The notes under the pieces were generated by a model. The model worked only from the letters and a program-made list of their open reading frames with translations. It did not search any database and had not been told where the DNA came from. The translations under genes were made by a program, and so were the position numbers. Shown one piece after another: positions 1 through 10,101 of a DNA stretch of 64,000 nucleotides. Origin of the DNA: an uncultured Chloroflexia bacterium (GTDB taxonomy: Bacteria; Chloroflexota; Anaerolineae; Anaerolineales; RBG-16-64-43); assembly GCA_963780865.1 (NCBI GenBank), contig CAWADT010000022.1, positions 79,499 through 143,498 of the forward strand. The letters are read 5' to 3'. Each line of letters starts with the position of its first letter. Positions within the stretch are counted from its first letter, which is position 1.

Positions 1-695
1 ATGGTGTTCCATTCCGGGAGTGATTTTTGGCAGTAGGCGAAGATGTCCGTCACCAGCCGCATCGACGGCTGGGGCGGGAAGATGTAGGTTCCGCGGGCGA
101 TGTATTCCTTAAGGATGTCGTTCTGGATCGTGCCCCGCAAGCGGGTCGGCTCCGCTCCCTGGCGCTTGGCCGCCGCGATATACATCGCCAGCAGCACCGC
201 CGCCGGGGCGTTGATGGTCATGCTTGTGCTCACTTTATCCAGGGGGATCCCGGTAAACAGCCGCTGCATCTCCTCCAGACTGAAGATCGACACGCCCACC
301 CGCCCCACTTCCCCCGCCGCCAGCGCGTGATCCGGATCGTAGCCGATCTGGGTGGGAAGGTCGAACGCCACGGACAGGCCGGTTTGCCCCTGCCCGAGCA
401 GGAAGCGGTAGCGCGCGTTGGATTCTTCGGCGGTGGCGTATCCGGCGTACTGTCGCATCGTCCACAACCGGCCGCGGTACATCGTGGGCTGCACGCCGCG
501 CGTGAACGGATATTGCCCCGGGAAGCCGATCCGCTCCGGCTCGTCCCGCTCCGGATCGGCCGGCAGGTACACGTCCTCGAGCGGAATTCCGGACGGAGTT
601 TGAAAGCGGGATTTGCGTTCCGGGAATTTCTTCAGGGCCGGCTGGAGCACTTCTTCCTTCCAGCGGCGCCGCGCTTCAGAGGTTTTGCCGGTCAT
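1..695 (-). CDS. Methylmalonyl-CoA mutase catalytic subunit, N-terminal ~231 codons (3' end lies beyond the window edge)
   Basis: Open to the window edge, so it is absent from the ORF track. Reverse translation from ATG 695-693 gives [28 protein letters not shown]...[60 protein letters not shown]...[22 protein letters not shown], classic MCM motifs. Track ORF 27..1058(+) is its antisense shadow. Confidence 0.9.
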   Translation of the reverse strand, partial: MTGKTSEARRRWKEEVLQPALKKFPERKSRFQTPSGIPLEDVYLPADPERDEPERIGFPGQYPFTRGVQPTMYRGRLWTMRQYAGYATAEESNARYRFLLGQGQTGLSVAFDLPTQIGYDPDHALAAGEVGRVGVSIFSLEEMQRLFTGIPLDKVSTSMTINAPAAVLLAMYIAAAKRQGAEPTRLRGTIQNDILKEYIARGTYIFPPQPSMRLVTDIFAYCQKSLPEWNT

Positions 696-1344
696 ACAAT
701 CCTTCGTGGGGGAGAGCGGCGAGGATCTCTTTGGTCTGCCGGAAATCCCAGCCGGAAAAATTGTCGAACGTCACTTCGAGGAACGCCAAATGGTTTGATT
801 TTTTCAGCGCCAGAAAGATGCCCATATACGATGTCTGCAGCGCATTGCCCCAGTCCAGCTCGAGCGCTCCGGCCGTCTGGCGCAAATCCCCCAGGTCCGG
901 GCCTTCCAGTTCGAGAAAGTTGCCGAACGGCAGCTGGTCGAACATCACCAGGACGGATTTCCAGCGGAAGACCTCGCGGTATTTTTCATAGCGGACGATC
1001 GGGCGAAACCCCAGCGATTGCAGAAGGTGCGAGGTTTTCTCGAGGTTGTCGACGATGATCTCGGTTTCCAGGCTGCGGCGGGCCGGGGCGGGGGCTGCGG
1101 CCTCGGTTGGGGCTTCGGGCTGCTTGTACGTCAGGATCACCTGACCGGCTTTCCGCAGCCTCAGCACCTTTCCCGCGCGCGTCAGCGCGCCGTCGGCGGT
1201 GTCGAAGCGGATGTTGGCTTCGTGACCCCGCGGCTGGTACGGCCGCGCGCCGACCGTGGAAAGCCGCTTGCGCATCCGGGCCGGGTCTTCGAGGAAAAAT
1301 TTTACTTCCTGCTCCAGCGCGGCGGCTTTTTCCGATGCATTCAT
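676..1344 (-). CDS. CYTH-domain protein (triphosphate tunnel metalloenzyme / class IV adenylyl cyclase-like)
   Basis: 222-aa ORF with N-terminal EQEVKF (ExExK signature). It has the length and alternating-strand pattern of CYTH proteins. Its 3' end overlaps the MCM start by 20 nt. Confidence 0.7.
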   Translation of the reverse strand: MNASEKAAALEQEVKFFLEDPARMRKRLSTVGARPYQPRGHEANIRFDTADGALTRAGKVLRLRKAGQVILTYKQPEAPTEAAAPAPARRSLETEIIVDNLEKTSHLLQSLGFRPIVRYEKYREVFRWKSVLVMFDQLPFGNFLELEGPDLGDLRQTAGALELDWGNALQTSYMGIFLALKKSNHLAFLEVTFDNFSGWDFRQTKEILAALPHEGLYDRQNL

Positions 1345-1384
1345 GGCTCACCTTCCCGCGGGCGGGGGATGGAAACGGCCGGAG

Positions 1385-1882
1385 TTATCCGACGACGACC
1401 AGCACCTGGTTCTGTTCCACCGCCTGGCCCGGTTGGATTCGAATTTCCTTCACCGTTCCGTCTTTTTGGGAACGGAGTTCATTCTGCATTTTCATGGATT
1501 CCAGAATGACCAGCGGCGCGCCTTTCTTCACCTCCGCTCCGAGGGTGGCGGCGAGGCTCACCACCAGCCCGGGCATCGGGGCGCGCAACAGCCATTCGTT
1601 GGGAGCATCGGGAACGGCGTGCGCGACAGCCCGGGCGCGGACGGCCTGTTCATCCTCGGCGCGGGCTTCGAACATCCTTCCGTGGAGCAGCACCTGCCAG
1701 CCGTCGCCGGTCGGAACGGCGTTGGCTTCCAAGGAACGGCCGTTGATGAGCAGCGAATACACAGGCTGGTTGGCAATCGCGGTGAAATCCACTTCGTACG
1801 GTTTCCCGTCGAGCATGATATGGTGCTCGTCGATCACTTCGACGAGATACGTCTGGTCGCCGATGGTCGTGACGTATTTCAT
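1385..1882 (-). CDS. Biotin carboxyl carrier protein (biotinyl domain subunit of acyl-CoA carboxylase)
   Basis: The real gene is the last 165 codons of track ORF 1385..2707: MKYVTTIGDQ...GAPLVILESMKMQNELRSQKDGTVKEIRIQPGQAV, carrying the E-x-MKM biotinylation motif. There is a GGAGGGAG RBS upstream and an ATGA overlap with the upstream gene stop. The rest of the 440-aa ORF is Arg-rich out-of-frame noise over accC. Confidence 0.85.
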   Translation of the reverse strand: MKYVTTIGDQTYLVEVIDEHHIMLDGKPYEVDFTAIANQPVYSLLINGRSLEANAVPTGDGWQVLLHGRMFEARAEDEQAVRARAVAHAVPDAPNEWLLRAPMPGLVVSLAATLGAEVKKGAPLVILESMKMQNELRSQKDGTVKEIRIQPGQAVEQNQVLVVVG

Positions 1883-3396
1883 CGACCTCTCCCTCCGCCG
1901 CGGCCGGACCACTTCCAGCGCGAAGCGGCGTGCTGGGCGGGTTGCATAATTTGCGCCGCGCGCTGCGACGACTGGTGTTCCATGAGCGTGGCGAAGATGG
2001 CCGCCATCTCGGGGTAATGATCCTCCCCGTTGGTGCTGCCGTTGAGCGCGAAGCGTTCCTCGACGAACCGGGTGTCGAACAGCCCGGCCATGAACCGCGG
2101 CGAATCCAGCAGCGCCTGGTGGAAGGGAATGTTGGTCTTCACTCCGATGATGCGGTATTCCTCCAGCGCCCTGCGCATGCGCAGGATGGCCTCCGCGCGC
2201 GTTTCGCCCCACACGATCAGCTTGGAGATGAGCGAATCGTAATACGGCGTGACCTCGAACCCGGAATACACGCCCGAATCCACGCGCACGCCGGGGCCGG
2301 TAGGCAGGAACATCAGCTGGATTCTTCCGGTGGAAGGGGCGAACTGGTTGTTCGGGTCTTCCGCATTGATCCGGCATTCCAGGGACCAGCCGGAGAGCTT
2401 GACGTCTTCCTGGCGGTAGCGCAGCGGCCGGCCGCGGGCGATCCGGATCTGCTCTTTGACGATGTCGATCCCGGTGATCATCTCGGTGGCCGGATGCTCC
2501 ACTTGCAGGCGGGTGTTCATCTCCAGAAAATAAAAATTGCGGTCCTTGTCGACCAGGAATTCGATCGTCCCGGCGTTGTGATAGCCCACGCTCGCGGCTG
2601 TGCGGCAGGCCACCGCGCCCATCGTCCGGCGCAGGGTTTCGTCGTTGCCAATGAAGGGCGAGGGCGCCTCCTCGAAGAGCTTCTGGTGCCGGCGTTGCAG
2701 CGAGCACTCCCGTTCGCCGAGGTAGATGACGCTGCCTTCTTTGTCGGCCAGAATTTGGAACTCCACGTGGCGCGCGGTGAGGATGAGCTTCTCGAGGTAC
2801 ACGTTCCCGTCGCCGAAGGCGGCCTCGGCCTCGCGCCGCGCGGCCGAAAGCAAATGCGGAAGTTCCTCGGCCGTTTTCACCTCGCGCATGCCTTTGCCCC
2901 CGCCGCCCGCGGTCGCCTTTACCAGCAGCGGAAAGCCCACTTCGGGCGCGATGCGGACGAGCTCCTCGTCGGTGAGGTTTCCTTCGCCCTCGGTCCCGGG
3001 GACCACAGGAATTCCGGCTTTGGCGACCGTGGCCCGCGCGGTGGTTTTATCGCCCATCGCGGCGATCGACGAGGGGTTGGGACCGATGAAAATGATTCCG
3101 GCATCCTCGCATCCGCGGGCAAAATCCTCGCGCTCGGCCAGGAACCCGTAGCCGGGATGAATCGCGTCGGCGCCGCAGCGCTTCGCGATTTCCAGGATTT
3201 TATCGGCCCGCAGGTAGGAATCCCGCGCCGGAGAGGGGCCGAGGAAGTAGGCTTCGTCCGCGTAGCGCACGTGCAACGACTGCCGGTCGGCTTCGGAATA
3301 CACCGCCACGGTGGGAATCCCGAGCTCGCGGCAGGCGCGCAGCACGCGCACCGCGATCTCCCCCCGGTTGGCGATCAACACTTTATTGAACAGCAA
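1879..3396 (-). CDS. accC: Biotin carboxylase subunit of acetyl/propionyl-CoA carboxylase
   Basis: 505 aa starting MLFNKVLIANRGEIAVRVLRACRELGIPTVAVYSEADR, with an ATP-grasp core (GGGGKGMREV, EMNTRLQVEHPATE) and full-length similarity pattern to AccC/PccA BC domains. Confidence 0.92.
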   Translation of the reverse strand: MLFNKVLIANRGEIAVRVLRACRELGIPTVAVYSEADRQSLHVRYADEAYFLGPSPARDSYLRADKILEIAKRCGADAIHPGYGFLAEREDFARGCEDAGIIFIGPNPSSIAAMGDKTTARATVAKAGIPVVPGTEGEGNLTDEELVRIAPEVGFPLLVKATAGGGGKGMREVKTAEELPHLLSAARREAEAAFGDGNVYLEKLILTARHVEFQILADKEGSVIYLGERECSLQRRHQKLFEEAPSPFIGNDETLRRTMGAVACRTAASVGYHNAGTIEFLVDKDRNFYFLEMNTRLQVEHPATEMITGIDIVKEQIRIARGRPLRYRQEDVKLSGWSLECRINAEDPNNQFAPSTGRIQLMFLPTGPGVRVDSGVYSGFEVTPYYDSLISKLIVWGETRAEAILRMRRALEEYRIIGVKTNIPFHQALLDSPRFMAGLFDTRFVEERFALNGSTNGEDHYPEMAAIFATLMEHQSSQRAAQIMQPAQHAASRWKWSGRGGGRGR

Positions 3397-3421
3397 AGAG
3401 CGGCCTCTTTCGATGCTCGCG

Positions 3422-4972
3422 CTAAAGCGGGATGTTTCCGTGCTTCTTGGAAGGAAGGGTATCGCGTTTGTTCGCGAGCATCGCCAGGGCGTTGATCAGC
3501 CGCGGGCGGGTTTCATGCGGCTCGATCACGTCGTCGATGTATCCGCGCGAGGCGGCCACGTACGGATTGGAGAATTTCTCGCGGTACTCGTCGATCAGCT
3601 CCCCGCGCCGCGCGGCCGGATCCTTGGCCCCTTCCAACTCGCGGCGGAAGACGATGTTGATCGCCCCCTCCGGACCCATCACCGCAATCTCGGTGCTCGG
3701 CCAGGCGAAATTGACGTCGCCGCGCAGGTGCTTCGAGCTCATCACGATGTACGCCCCGCCGTATGCTTTGCGCGTGATCACGGTCACCTTAGGCACGGTC
3801 GCCTCGCAGTAGGCGTACAGCAGCTTGGCTCCCGAACGGATGATCCCGCCGTGCTCCTGGGCCGTGCCGGGGATGAACCCGGGCACGTCGACGAGGGTCA
3901 CCAGGGGGATGGAGAAGGCGTCGCAGAACCGGACGAACCGCGCGGCCTTGTCGGAGGCGGCGATATCGAGCGAACCCGCCATCACCGCCGGCTGATTGGC
4001 CACGATGCCCACCGACCGGCCGGCGAGGCGCGCGAATCCGACCACGATATTTGGCGCGTATTCCGCGTGGATTTCAAAGAAGTTCCCTTTGTCCACTACC
4101 AAGCGGATGACTTCGCGCATATCATACGGCTTGGATGGGTCGTCCGGGATGAGATGGTCGAGCGCTGCTTCGGTGCGCAGCGGATCGTCGCCGTCGGGCA
4201 GGGCGGGCGGATCCTCCAGATTATTTTGCGGGAGGAAGAGCAACAGGCTGCGGATCCGTTCCATGCATTCCGCGTCGTTGCCGACCGTTACGTGAGCCAC
4301 TCCCGAGATGGCGCCGTGCACGCCGGCTCCGCCCAGCTCCTCGGCGGTCACGTCCTCGTGGGTCACCGCGCGCACTACGTCCGGTCCGGTGAGATACATC
4401 TGCGAGGTATTTTGAACCATGAAAGTGAAATCCGTAAGGGCGGGGGAGTAAACCGCCGCGCCGGCGCACGGTCCGAGGATGGCGCTGATCTGCGGAATGA
4501 CGCCCGACGCCAGCGTGTTCCTCAGAAAAATTTCCGCGCAACCCGCCAGCGAGTTGACGCCTTCCTGGATCCGCGCCCCGCCGGAATTGTTGAGGCACAC
4601 CACCGGGGCGCCGTTCTTCAACGCCAGGTCGAAAATTTTGCAGATTTTGGCGGCGTGCGCTTCCCCGATGCTGCCGCCCATAACCGTGAAATCCTGGGAG
4701 GAGACGTAAATCAGCCGGCCTTCCACCGTTCCCCAGCCGCACACCACGCCGTCCCCTAAAAACCGGTGGCGGTCCAGTCCGAAATGGTCGGATCGGTGCT
4801 GGACGAACGCGTCGAGTTCCCGGAAGGATCCCTTGTCCACCAGGAGCTCAATCCGCTCGCGGGCCGATAGTTTTCCGCGCTGATGCTGCGCTTCAATCCG
4901 CTCCTGGCCGCCGCCCTGGAGGGTCTCTTCCCGCAGCCGGATTAATTTTTGGATTTGCTTGTCACTCGACAT
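3422..4972 (-). CDS. pccB: Acyl-CoA carboxyltransferase (propionyl-CoA carboxylase beta chain / methylmalonyl-CoA carboxyltransferase 12S type)
   Basis: 516 aa with [57 protein letters not shown] and [19 protein letters not shown], the typical PccB/MmdA signature blocks. Confidence 0.92.
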   Translation of the reverse strand: MSSDKQIQKLIRLREETLQGGGQERIEAQHQRGKLSARERIELLVDKGSFRELDAFVQHRSDHFGLDRHRFLGDGVVCGWGTVEGRLIYVSSQDFTVMGGSIGEAHAAKICKIFDLALKNGAPVVCLNNSGGARIQEGVNSLAGCAEIFLRNTLASGVIPQISAILGPCAGAAVYSPALTDFTFMVQNTSQMYLTGPDVVRAVTHEDVTAEELGGAGVHGAISGVAHVTVGNDAECMERIRSLLLFLPQNNLEDPPALPDGDDPLRTEAALDHLIPDDPSKPYDMREVIRLVVDKGNFFEIHAEYAPNIVVGFARLAGRSVGIVANQPAVMAGSLDIAASDKAARFVRFCDAFSIPLVTLVDVPGFIPGTAQEHGGIIRSGAKLLYAYCEATVPKVTVITRKAYGGAYIVMSSKHLRGDVNFAWPSTEIAVMGPEGAINIVFRRELEGAKDPAARRGELIDEYREKFSNPYVAASRGYIDDVIEPHETRPRLINALAMLANKRDTLPSKKHGNIPL

Positions 4973-5432
4973 GGGTTGTCGTTTTCTCCATAGAGAGATC
5001 CCGCTCGCCGGCGGCCTTCTTCGGGCCGAAATTTTCCAGCCGGCCCGCCCTCATCAGAAACGCGAAGCCGACCGCCGTCAGGATCAACCTCAGGACGGCC
5101 TCGAACCAGAAGGATTGCAGCGCGATCGCCGACCGGCTCCATAGGCGTTCGTCCGCCACCCAGGTACAGAACTGGATCGGCAGGGCGACGAGCGCCGCCC
5201 GTCGGCTCCACTCTTTTCCAAACCACAGCCCGATGCCCAAGGCAAGCCATAGTCCCCCCCATACGGCCCCGCTGAGCGGAAAATACCACGCCGGAACCGA
5301 AAGGGGAAGGCTTTTGAGCGCGGAATAGGAGAAAACGGCGTGAAGGGCCGCCAGACAGTACCCCGCACCAAGAATCAACACGCCCCAGGCGGTCAGAGTT
5401 ACGGTGAAGGGCTGGCGATGCCGCTTTTCCAT
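4962..5432 (-). CDS. Small polytopic membrane protein, unknown function
   Basis: 156 aa with about four hydrophobic helices. It is co-directional with both neighbours and overlaps them by 11 nt and 34 nt. No recognisable family. Confidence 0.55.
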   Translation of the reverse strand: MEKRHRQPFTVTLTAWGVLILGAGYCLAALHAVFSYSALKSLPLSVPAWYFPLSGAVWGGLWLALGIGLWFGKEWSRRAALVALPIQFCTWVADERLWSRSAIALQSFWFEAVLRLILTAVGFAFLMRAGRLENFGPKKAAGERDLSMEKTTTHVE

Positions 5433-8284
5433 CCCACGCCTTCCATTTGAATTTCGTACACGTGCACATGGGTCGGCGGGCTCTCGCCGACCGTCTCAAT
5501 CTCGAGCAGGATGTGGCTGCTCGCAATCGGCGCGGGCAGCGTAATCACTAGATCGCGGTAATCCGACGCGCGCGGCACTTCGGTGGAGAACACCACCGGG
5601 TCGCTGCCGTCCGAAGGATAGACCGTTACGGTCAGCTTGGTCGGGGCGCCGCCGACGCGCACATGGAACACCGTGAACTCGTGGGCCGCGGGGAAAGAAA
5701 GATCCAAATGCATCGGATTGTCTTCCAAGGTGCGGATGACGGAATACGCGTCTCCGTCGAACCCATTCTTCAGGGTGCCCATATCCAGACGCGAGTGCAC
5801 GACGTGAATTATTTCTCCGCCCAGGTTAAGATCCTCTTCCACGGGTTTGGCCAGTTCGGCTTTCTCCGCCGCGATCACCTCCTGGATGTTGTCGATATAG
5901 ACCGGGTGCGTGAAGTAAAAGCCGGGCGTTCCATCGGGGTAGGGCAGCGTCTGCAGGACCTGAATGTCCGTAAACCTTCCACTGGCTAAACCGTTCTTGT
6001 ATTCCTCCGCGGTCATGACCATGACGTCCTGCGCCTGGATCGGGATGTAGTTCTGAATATAACTATCGATCGAATTTGTGCTGGAAATGATCCCATCCGG
6101 AAGGAAGAATTCGAAGATGTTATCGGTCCCGTTAGCCCAGGATGTGCTGACAATTAAGTTCGCGTCCGGATGGGCTTGCTTATAGGCCTTCAGCGCGCTG
6201 CTGAGTTGTTCTCCGCCGTATTGCAATCCGTAGAGCGAGTAATCGGTATACCAGGTGGGCCCGTTGGCGAGGCAGTCCCACAGCATGTATACGTTCACCG
6301 AACCCAGGACAATAAACAGGGAAAGGGCGATCGCCGCGAAGGGAACTCTCGCCAACCCGAGGGAGGAGGAAGCCGATTGCGCTGTGCGTTCCTTCCAGCG
6401 GTTGAGGAAAGCGCGCACCCCCGGGTAGTTGATTCGCTCCGCAGCCGTCTCCCGCAGTGCAGGCAGCGCCGTGACCAGTCCGGAGGCGCGGTCCCTCCAA
6501 ACAGAAAGGAAATCAGGCAGCTCCGGACCGTCGTAACGCTGGAATAATCCGAGCAGCCAGCTAATCCCCAAAGACGTCAGCAGGGCGGAGGGCACCACCA
6601 TATAGAGCACGCGGGTAATCGTGACCGCCGCGACGGCGCCACCGGCCGGGGCGGCCAGCAGGGTGATCAGCACCGTACGGAATTTCGAGGATCGGATGTT
6701 CCATAGGCAAAGGAAAATCCCCACCAGCGTGAATGGCAAGGTCCACAGGGCGAGGTGACCATAGCCCTTCATCAGGTGGCGGATGATGTCGTGGTAAACG
6801 CCTTGCGGCGGGTCGGCGAGATACCAGTAGCGCGGGTCAAATCCGCGCAGGTACGTCGCGAGGAATATCTTCACCTTCTCGACTGTCGGAATCTGATCAA
6901 CCAAGTAGGATCCGAGGATCACTAAATGGTCCTGATTGCCTGTGTGATGTAGGATCTGGAAGCGGATATAAGGAAGCGCCAGGACGACCAGAGTCCCGAG
7001 GCCCGCCAGGGCGACCCCTTTATGCCGCCAGTGGTAAGGCAGATCCGAAATCAACAGCAATATTCCAGTGACCGCCATGACCAGTTGTCCCCCGCTGTAG
7101 GTGTAGGCGGACAGCGCGCCGAAGAAAAGCGCCGGCAACAGCCACCAGGGTTTGTCGGTCCGATAGCGCATGTAGAAAAAGATAAAGGTAATATAAAAAG
7201 CGATCGATTCGCACATTTCGAACCCGGTGCGCGAATGCAGGAAAAAGGTCGGGATGATGGAAAGGATCAGCACGCCGCTCCACCAGAGCGGCAGGCGGAA
7301 CACGCGCCGCAGGAGGAGCCCCAGCATCCCGACTCCCAGCATCGTGATCAGCACCGCGACCGCCCGGCTGACGAACTCCGATTTGCCAAAGATCAGGTAG
7401 GGGATGACCTGCGCGTATACGCTGATGTTTTCCTCATACTGGCCGGCGTTATTAAAGAACGTGGGCAGAAATTCATTTTGCCAGACGAAATGCCCCTTCA
7501 CTAATTGGGCGGCAAAGTTCGTTTGAATGGCCTCGTCGGTGAAGAAGTAGATCGGCCACTGCGTCAGGCCGATCAGGCGCGTGAGCAGGTAAATTCCCAG
7601 TGCGAGGAAGAAGAGGGAGCGGCCCGCGGTTTGGACGTCGCTGAAAAAGGAAGCCAGAAGCGAGCGCCCGGAGGGTAGGAGGTTGCGGAAGAACGAAGCA
7701 ACACGCGACGGTCTGCGTTCCAGACGCGGACGCGCCGGGACCGCGGCGTAAGCGGCGCCCGCATCCATCCGTTGGGCGCGGATGCTTTCCGATCCGGGCT
7801 TGCCCGCGGCCGGGAAGGCCGTTCCCGGGCCGATCGATTCCAGCGTCAGGCGGATGCTATCCCCTTCCGGAATGTCCATGGATATTTCCACGTGCGCGCT
7901 GCGTCCGGAAGTTCCTTGGACGGAAAGGGACGTTTTTTGGGAAACGAGCTTCCCGGCGCGCCGGGGACGGGCTGCCGGCGGATCGGCGGCGCCGAATTCA
8001 ATGATGGCAGGGGAGGGGGTTGATTCCCGGGAAGGCACTTTCGCGCTTGGCGCGGGAGATGCGGCGCTTGGTCTGGGAGGAGCGCCGGACCCGGCAGGTT
8101 GGGATCGTGCCTTCCTGGCCGGCTCGGGGTTCAGGAGCGCCGGCGCGGGATCCTTCGTGACGGGATTAACCTTATGCAGACGGCGGGACCGATTCCAAGC
8201 GCGGACCACCCAAAAATCGAACGCCACGGCGATGACGAGGAGAACGATCAAGAAAGACACAAATTCCAAGCTGACTTTCGACAT
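5399..8284 (-). CDS. Large GT-C-like (ArnT/PMT-type) membrane glycosyltransferase with Pro-rich linker and C-terminal beta-rich (CBM/discoidin-like) domain
   Basis: 961 aa. It has an N-terminal TM helix and a ~200-aa P/A/S-rich low-complexity region. This is followed by 10 or more hydrophobic helices with an early-loop acidic motif (YFFTDEAIQ), and then a ~330-aa soluble C-terminus. Family assignment is by pattern only. Confidence 0.7.
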   Translation of the reverse strand: MSKVSLEFVSFLIVLLVIAVAFDFWVVRAWNRSRRLHKVNPVTKDPAPALLNPEPARKARSQPAGSGAPPRPSAASPAPSAKVPSRESTPSPAIIEFGAADPPAARPRRAGKLVSQKTSLSVQGTSGRSAHVEISMDIPEGDSIRLTLESIGPGTAFPAAGKPGSESIRAQRMDAGAAYAAVPARPRLERRPSRVASFFRNLLPSGRSLLASFFSDVQTAGRSLFFLALGIYLLTRLIGLTQWPIYFFTDEAIQTNFAAQLVKGHFVWQNEFLPTFFNNAGQYEENISVYAQVIPYLIFGKSEFVSRAVAVLITMLGVGMLGLLLRRVFRLPLWWSGVLILSIIPTFFLHSRTGFEMCESIAFYITFIFFYMRYRTDKPWWLLPALFFGALSAYTYSGGQLVMAVTGILLLISDLPYHWRHKGVALAGLGTLVVLALPYIRFQILHHTGNQDHLVILGSYLVDQIPTVEKVKIFLATYLRGFDPRYWYLADPPQGVYHDIIRHLMKGYGHLALWTLPFTLVGIFLCLWNIRSSKFRTVLITLLAAPAGGAVAAVTITRVLYMVVPSALLTSLGISWLLGLFQRYDGPELPDFLSVWRDRASGLVTALPALRETAAERINYPGVRAFLNRWKERTAQSASSSLGLARVPFAAIALSLFIVLGSVNVYMLWDCLANGPTWYTDYSLYGLQYGGEQLSSALKAYKQAHPDANLIVSTSWANGTDNIFEFFLPDGIISSTNSIDSYIQNYIPIQAQDVMVMTAEEYKNGLASGRFTDIQVLQTLPYPDGTPGFYFTHPVYIDNIQEVIAAEKAELAKPVEEDLNLGGEIIHVVHSRLDMGTLKNGFDGDAYSVIRTLEDNPMHLDLSFPAAHEFTVFHVRVGGAPTKLTVTVYPSDGSDPVVFSTEVPRASDYRDLVITLPAPIASSHILLEIETVGESPPTHVHVYEIQMEGVGWKSGIASPSP

Positions 8285-8560
8285 AATCCGGTGTCCTCAC
8301 GGGCTTTTGCGGGACGTTCTCCGCACCGATAGAAGGCGATTATAGCGCAGGCGACCGACATCCGCTTCCTAGAATGGATTGCTAAACCTTGCCTATATAA
8401 AAGGAAGGGGAATAGCCCGGCGTATCCCGGGGCCCGCCGTCGCGACGATAATGAAAGAATCTCCGGAACCAGCTTTTCGGACAATGGTTCCAGGGGAAAA
8501 CATGCACACGTAGAATTCCTATGGGCAGAGATATAATCCGGCTAGCAGGCGGTTCTTCTC

Positions 8561-9520
8561 ATGACAGATCATCATTTCCATATGGAGGAAAATGCACAGG
8601 GGGTTTCGCTCCGGCTGGCGCTTTCGGCCGGGCTGACCGTCTGTCTGGTCGCGGCCGAGATCACGGCGGGGCTGTTTGCCAACAGCCTGGCGCTGCTCAC
8701 CGATGCGGCCCACAACGCCACCGACGTGGTCGCCATGGTCTTGAGCTGGTACGCGGTGCGCCTGGCGTTGCGTCCGGCCCATTCGGGCAAAACTTATGGG
8801 TATCACCGGGCGGGCATTCTCGCGGCGCTGGTCAACTCCACCACGCTGGTGCTGGTCGCGCTGGGAGTTTTCTACGAAGCCTATCGCCGGATGGTCGCTC
8901 CGCCAGAGGTCCGAGCCGGGGTGCTGGTGGCCGTTGCGTCGGTTGCTTTCGGGATCAACCTCGTCACGGCGCTCCTGATCCGACGCGGGAGCGAACGCGA
9001 TCTGAACCTCCGCAGCGTTTTCGTCCACCTTATGGGCGATGTGTTTTCGACGCTGGGCGCCGCCGCGGCCGGCGTTGCGATCGCGCTCACCGGCTGGGGC
9101 GGGTGGGACGCGCTGGCCGGGGCGCTGATTGGCCTGCTCATCCTCTGGAACGCGTGGGGGATTATGCGCGCGACCATCCACATCCTGCTCGAAAGCACGC
9201 CTGAGGATCTCGACGTGGAGCGCATGGTGAAGGACGTCCTGCAGGTGGGGGAAGTCCGCGGCGTGCACGACCTTCACGTCTGGTCCATCACCCGGGAGAT
9301 GCGCACGCTCTCGGCGCACATTCTGGTGGGGGAGATGACCGTGCGGGAGAGCACCGCGGTGCAAATCGCCGTCGGCACGCTGCTGTGCGACAAATATGGA
9401 ATTCAGCACTCCACGCTGCAAATGGAATGCGAAAACTGTCTGCCGGATACTCTGTATTGCGACATGGCGCCGGGTGCCCACGGTTCGAACCAGCACGCGG
9501 AAAAACCTGACGAAGGGTAG
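8561..9520 (+). CDS. czcD: Cation diffusion facilitator family divalent-metal efflux transporter
   Basis: 319 aa with LLTDAAHNATDV (TM2 HxxxD-type site), FVHLMGDVFSTLG (TM5 HxxxD) and a C-terminal cytoplasmic domain with VHDLHVWSIT. Confidence 0.9.
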   Translation: MTDHHFHMEENAQGVSLRLALSAGLTVCLVAAEITAGLFANSLALLTDAAHNATDVVAMVLSWYAVRLALRPAHSGKTYGYHRAGILAALVNSTTLVLVALGVFYEAYRRMVAPPEVRAGVLVAVASVAFGINLVTALLIRRGSERDLNLRSVFVHLMGDVFSTLGAAAAGVAIALTGWGGWDALAGALIGLLILWNAWGIMRATIHILLESTPEDLDVERMVKDVLQVGEVRGVHDLHVWSITREMRTLSAHILVGEMTVRESTAVQIAVGTLLCDKYGIQHSTLQMECENCLPDTLYCDMAPGAHGSNQHAEKPDEG

Positions 9521-9655
9521 GTGGTCGAGCAGCGGCGAAGCCGCGTATCGAGGCCACTTGCCGTCTCCGTGAGACTGGTCTCGATACGGGCCTCGCTCTC
9601 CCGGCTTCTCGCTTCGTTCGAGGCCGGGACAGGTGCTCGGCCCTACTCGACCGCC
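9520..9655 (+). repeat. MITE-like element, family E copy 1 (imperfect terminal inverted repeats GGTGGTCGAGCAG / CTACTCGACCGCC)
   Basis: Starts at the czcD stop. It shares its termini and internal blocks (gtctcgatacg, cctcgctc) with an inverted copy at 37967-38113. Confidence 0.7.
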
Positions 9656-9681
9656 TTGGATAAAGGTTGGTCAAGCCCGCC

Positions 9682-9707
9682 CGCCGCGCCGCCATGAATG
9701 GCGGCGC
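9682..9707. repeat. 26-bp hairpin repeat cgccgcgccGCCGCCATgaATGGCGGCgc, copy 1
   Basis: Exact 26-nt duplicate of 9913-9938, containing the 8+8 palindrome GCCGCCAT/ATGGCGGC. Confidence 0.85.
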
Positions 9708-9912
9708 TCTTTTATTGGATCTACCCTCATCCACAGACCTCCTGTTGTTTCGCTCCGGGAGGTGGCCGGACCTGTCCCGGAGCGCTTATCGCGAGCGCTT
9801 GCCCTGAGCGCAGCGATGGGCGCGAGTGGATGCGACGGGAGGCCGGATGAGGGAATGTTATTGCCCCGAAGGGGCATCGCGTACTCCGTCCTGCGATCCG
9901 ACACGCTGGCAG

Positions 9913-9938
9913 CGCCGCGCCGCCATGAATGGCGGCGC
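9913..9938. repeat. 26-bp hairpin repeat, copy 2
   Basis: Identical to 9682-9707 and lies 231 bp downstream in direct orientation. Confidence 0.85.
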
Positions 9939-10101
9939 AGGGATACAAAGCCTCCTATTGGAGGCTGAGCATTGTAGTTGGTACCGCCCCGAAGAGGGCC
10001 TGCCCTCGAGTGTTCTTATCGGGGGGCGTCGTATCCTGGCGCGGTCATTCATGACCGCGCAGTCTGCCGGATTCATCCCCGCGCGTAATATAATCCGCCG
10101 C

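Noticed and set aside
27-1058. Long plus-strand ORF (343 aa) at the window start, and similar long ORFs 1930..3495, 3311..4759, 8519..9496, 11891..13447, 14708..15874, 15955..17184, 19662..21245, 59481..60578 and 61360..63258
   Set aside because: All lie antisense to, or out of frame with, strongly supported genes. They are Arg/Pro/Gly/His-rich, as expected for GC-rich shadow frames, and they show no recognisable motifs. 11891..13447 even spans two tRNA genes.
8285-8560. Possible metal (NiCo/czcD-type) riboswitch upstream of the CDF transporter
   Set aside because: Only a simple GGAACCA/TGGTTCC hairpin and a TATAAT-like box (~8533) are visible. I could not recognise the multi-helix junction expected of that riboswitch class. 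A covariance-model scan would be needed to reopen this.
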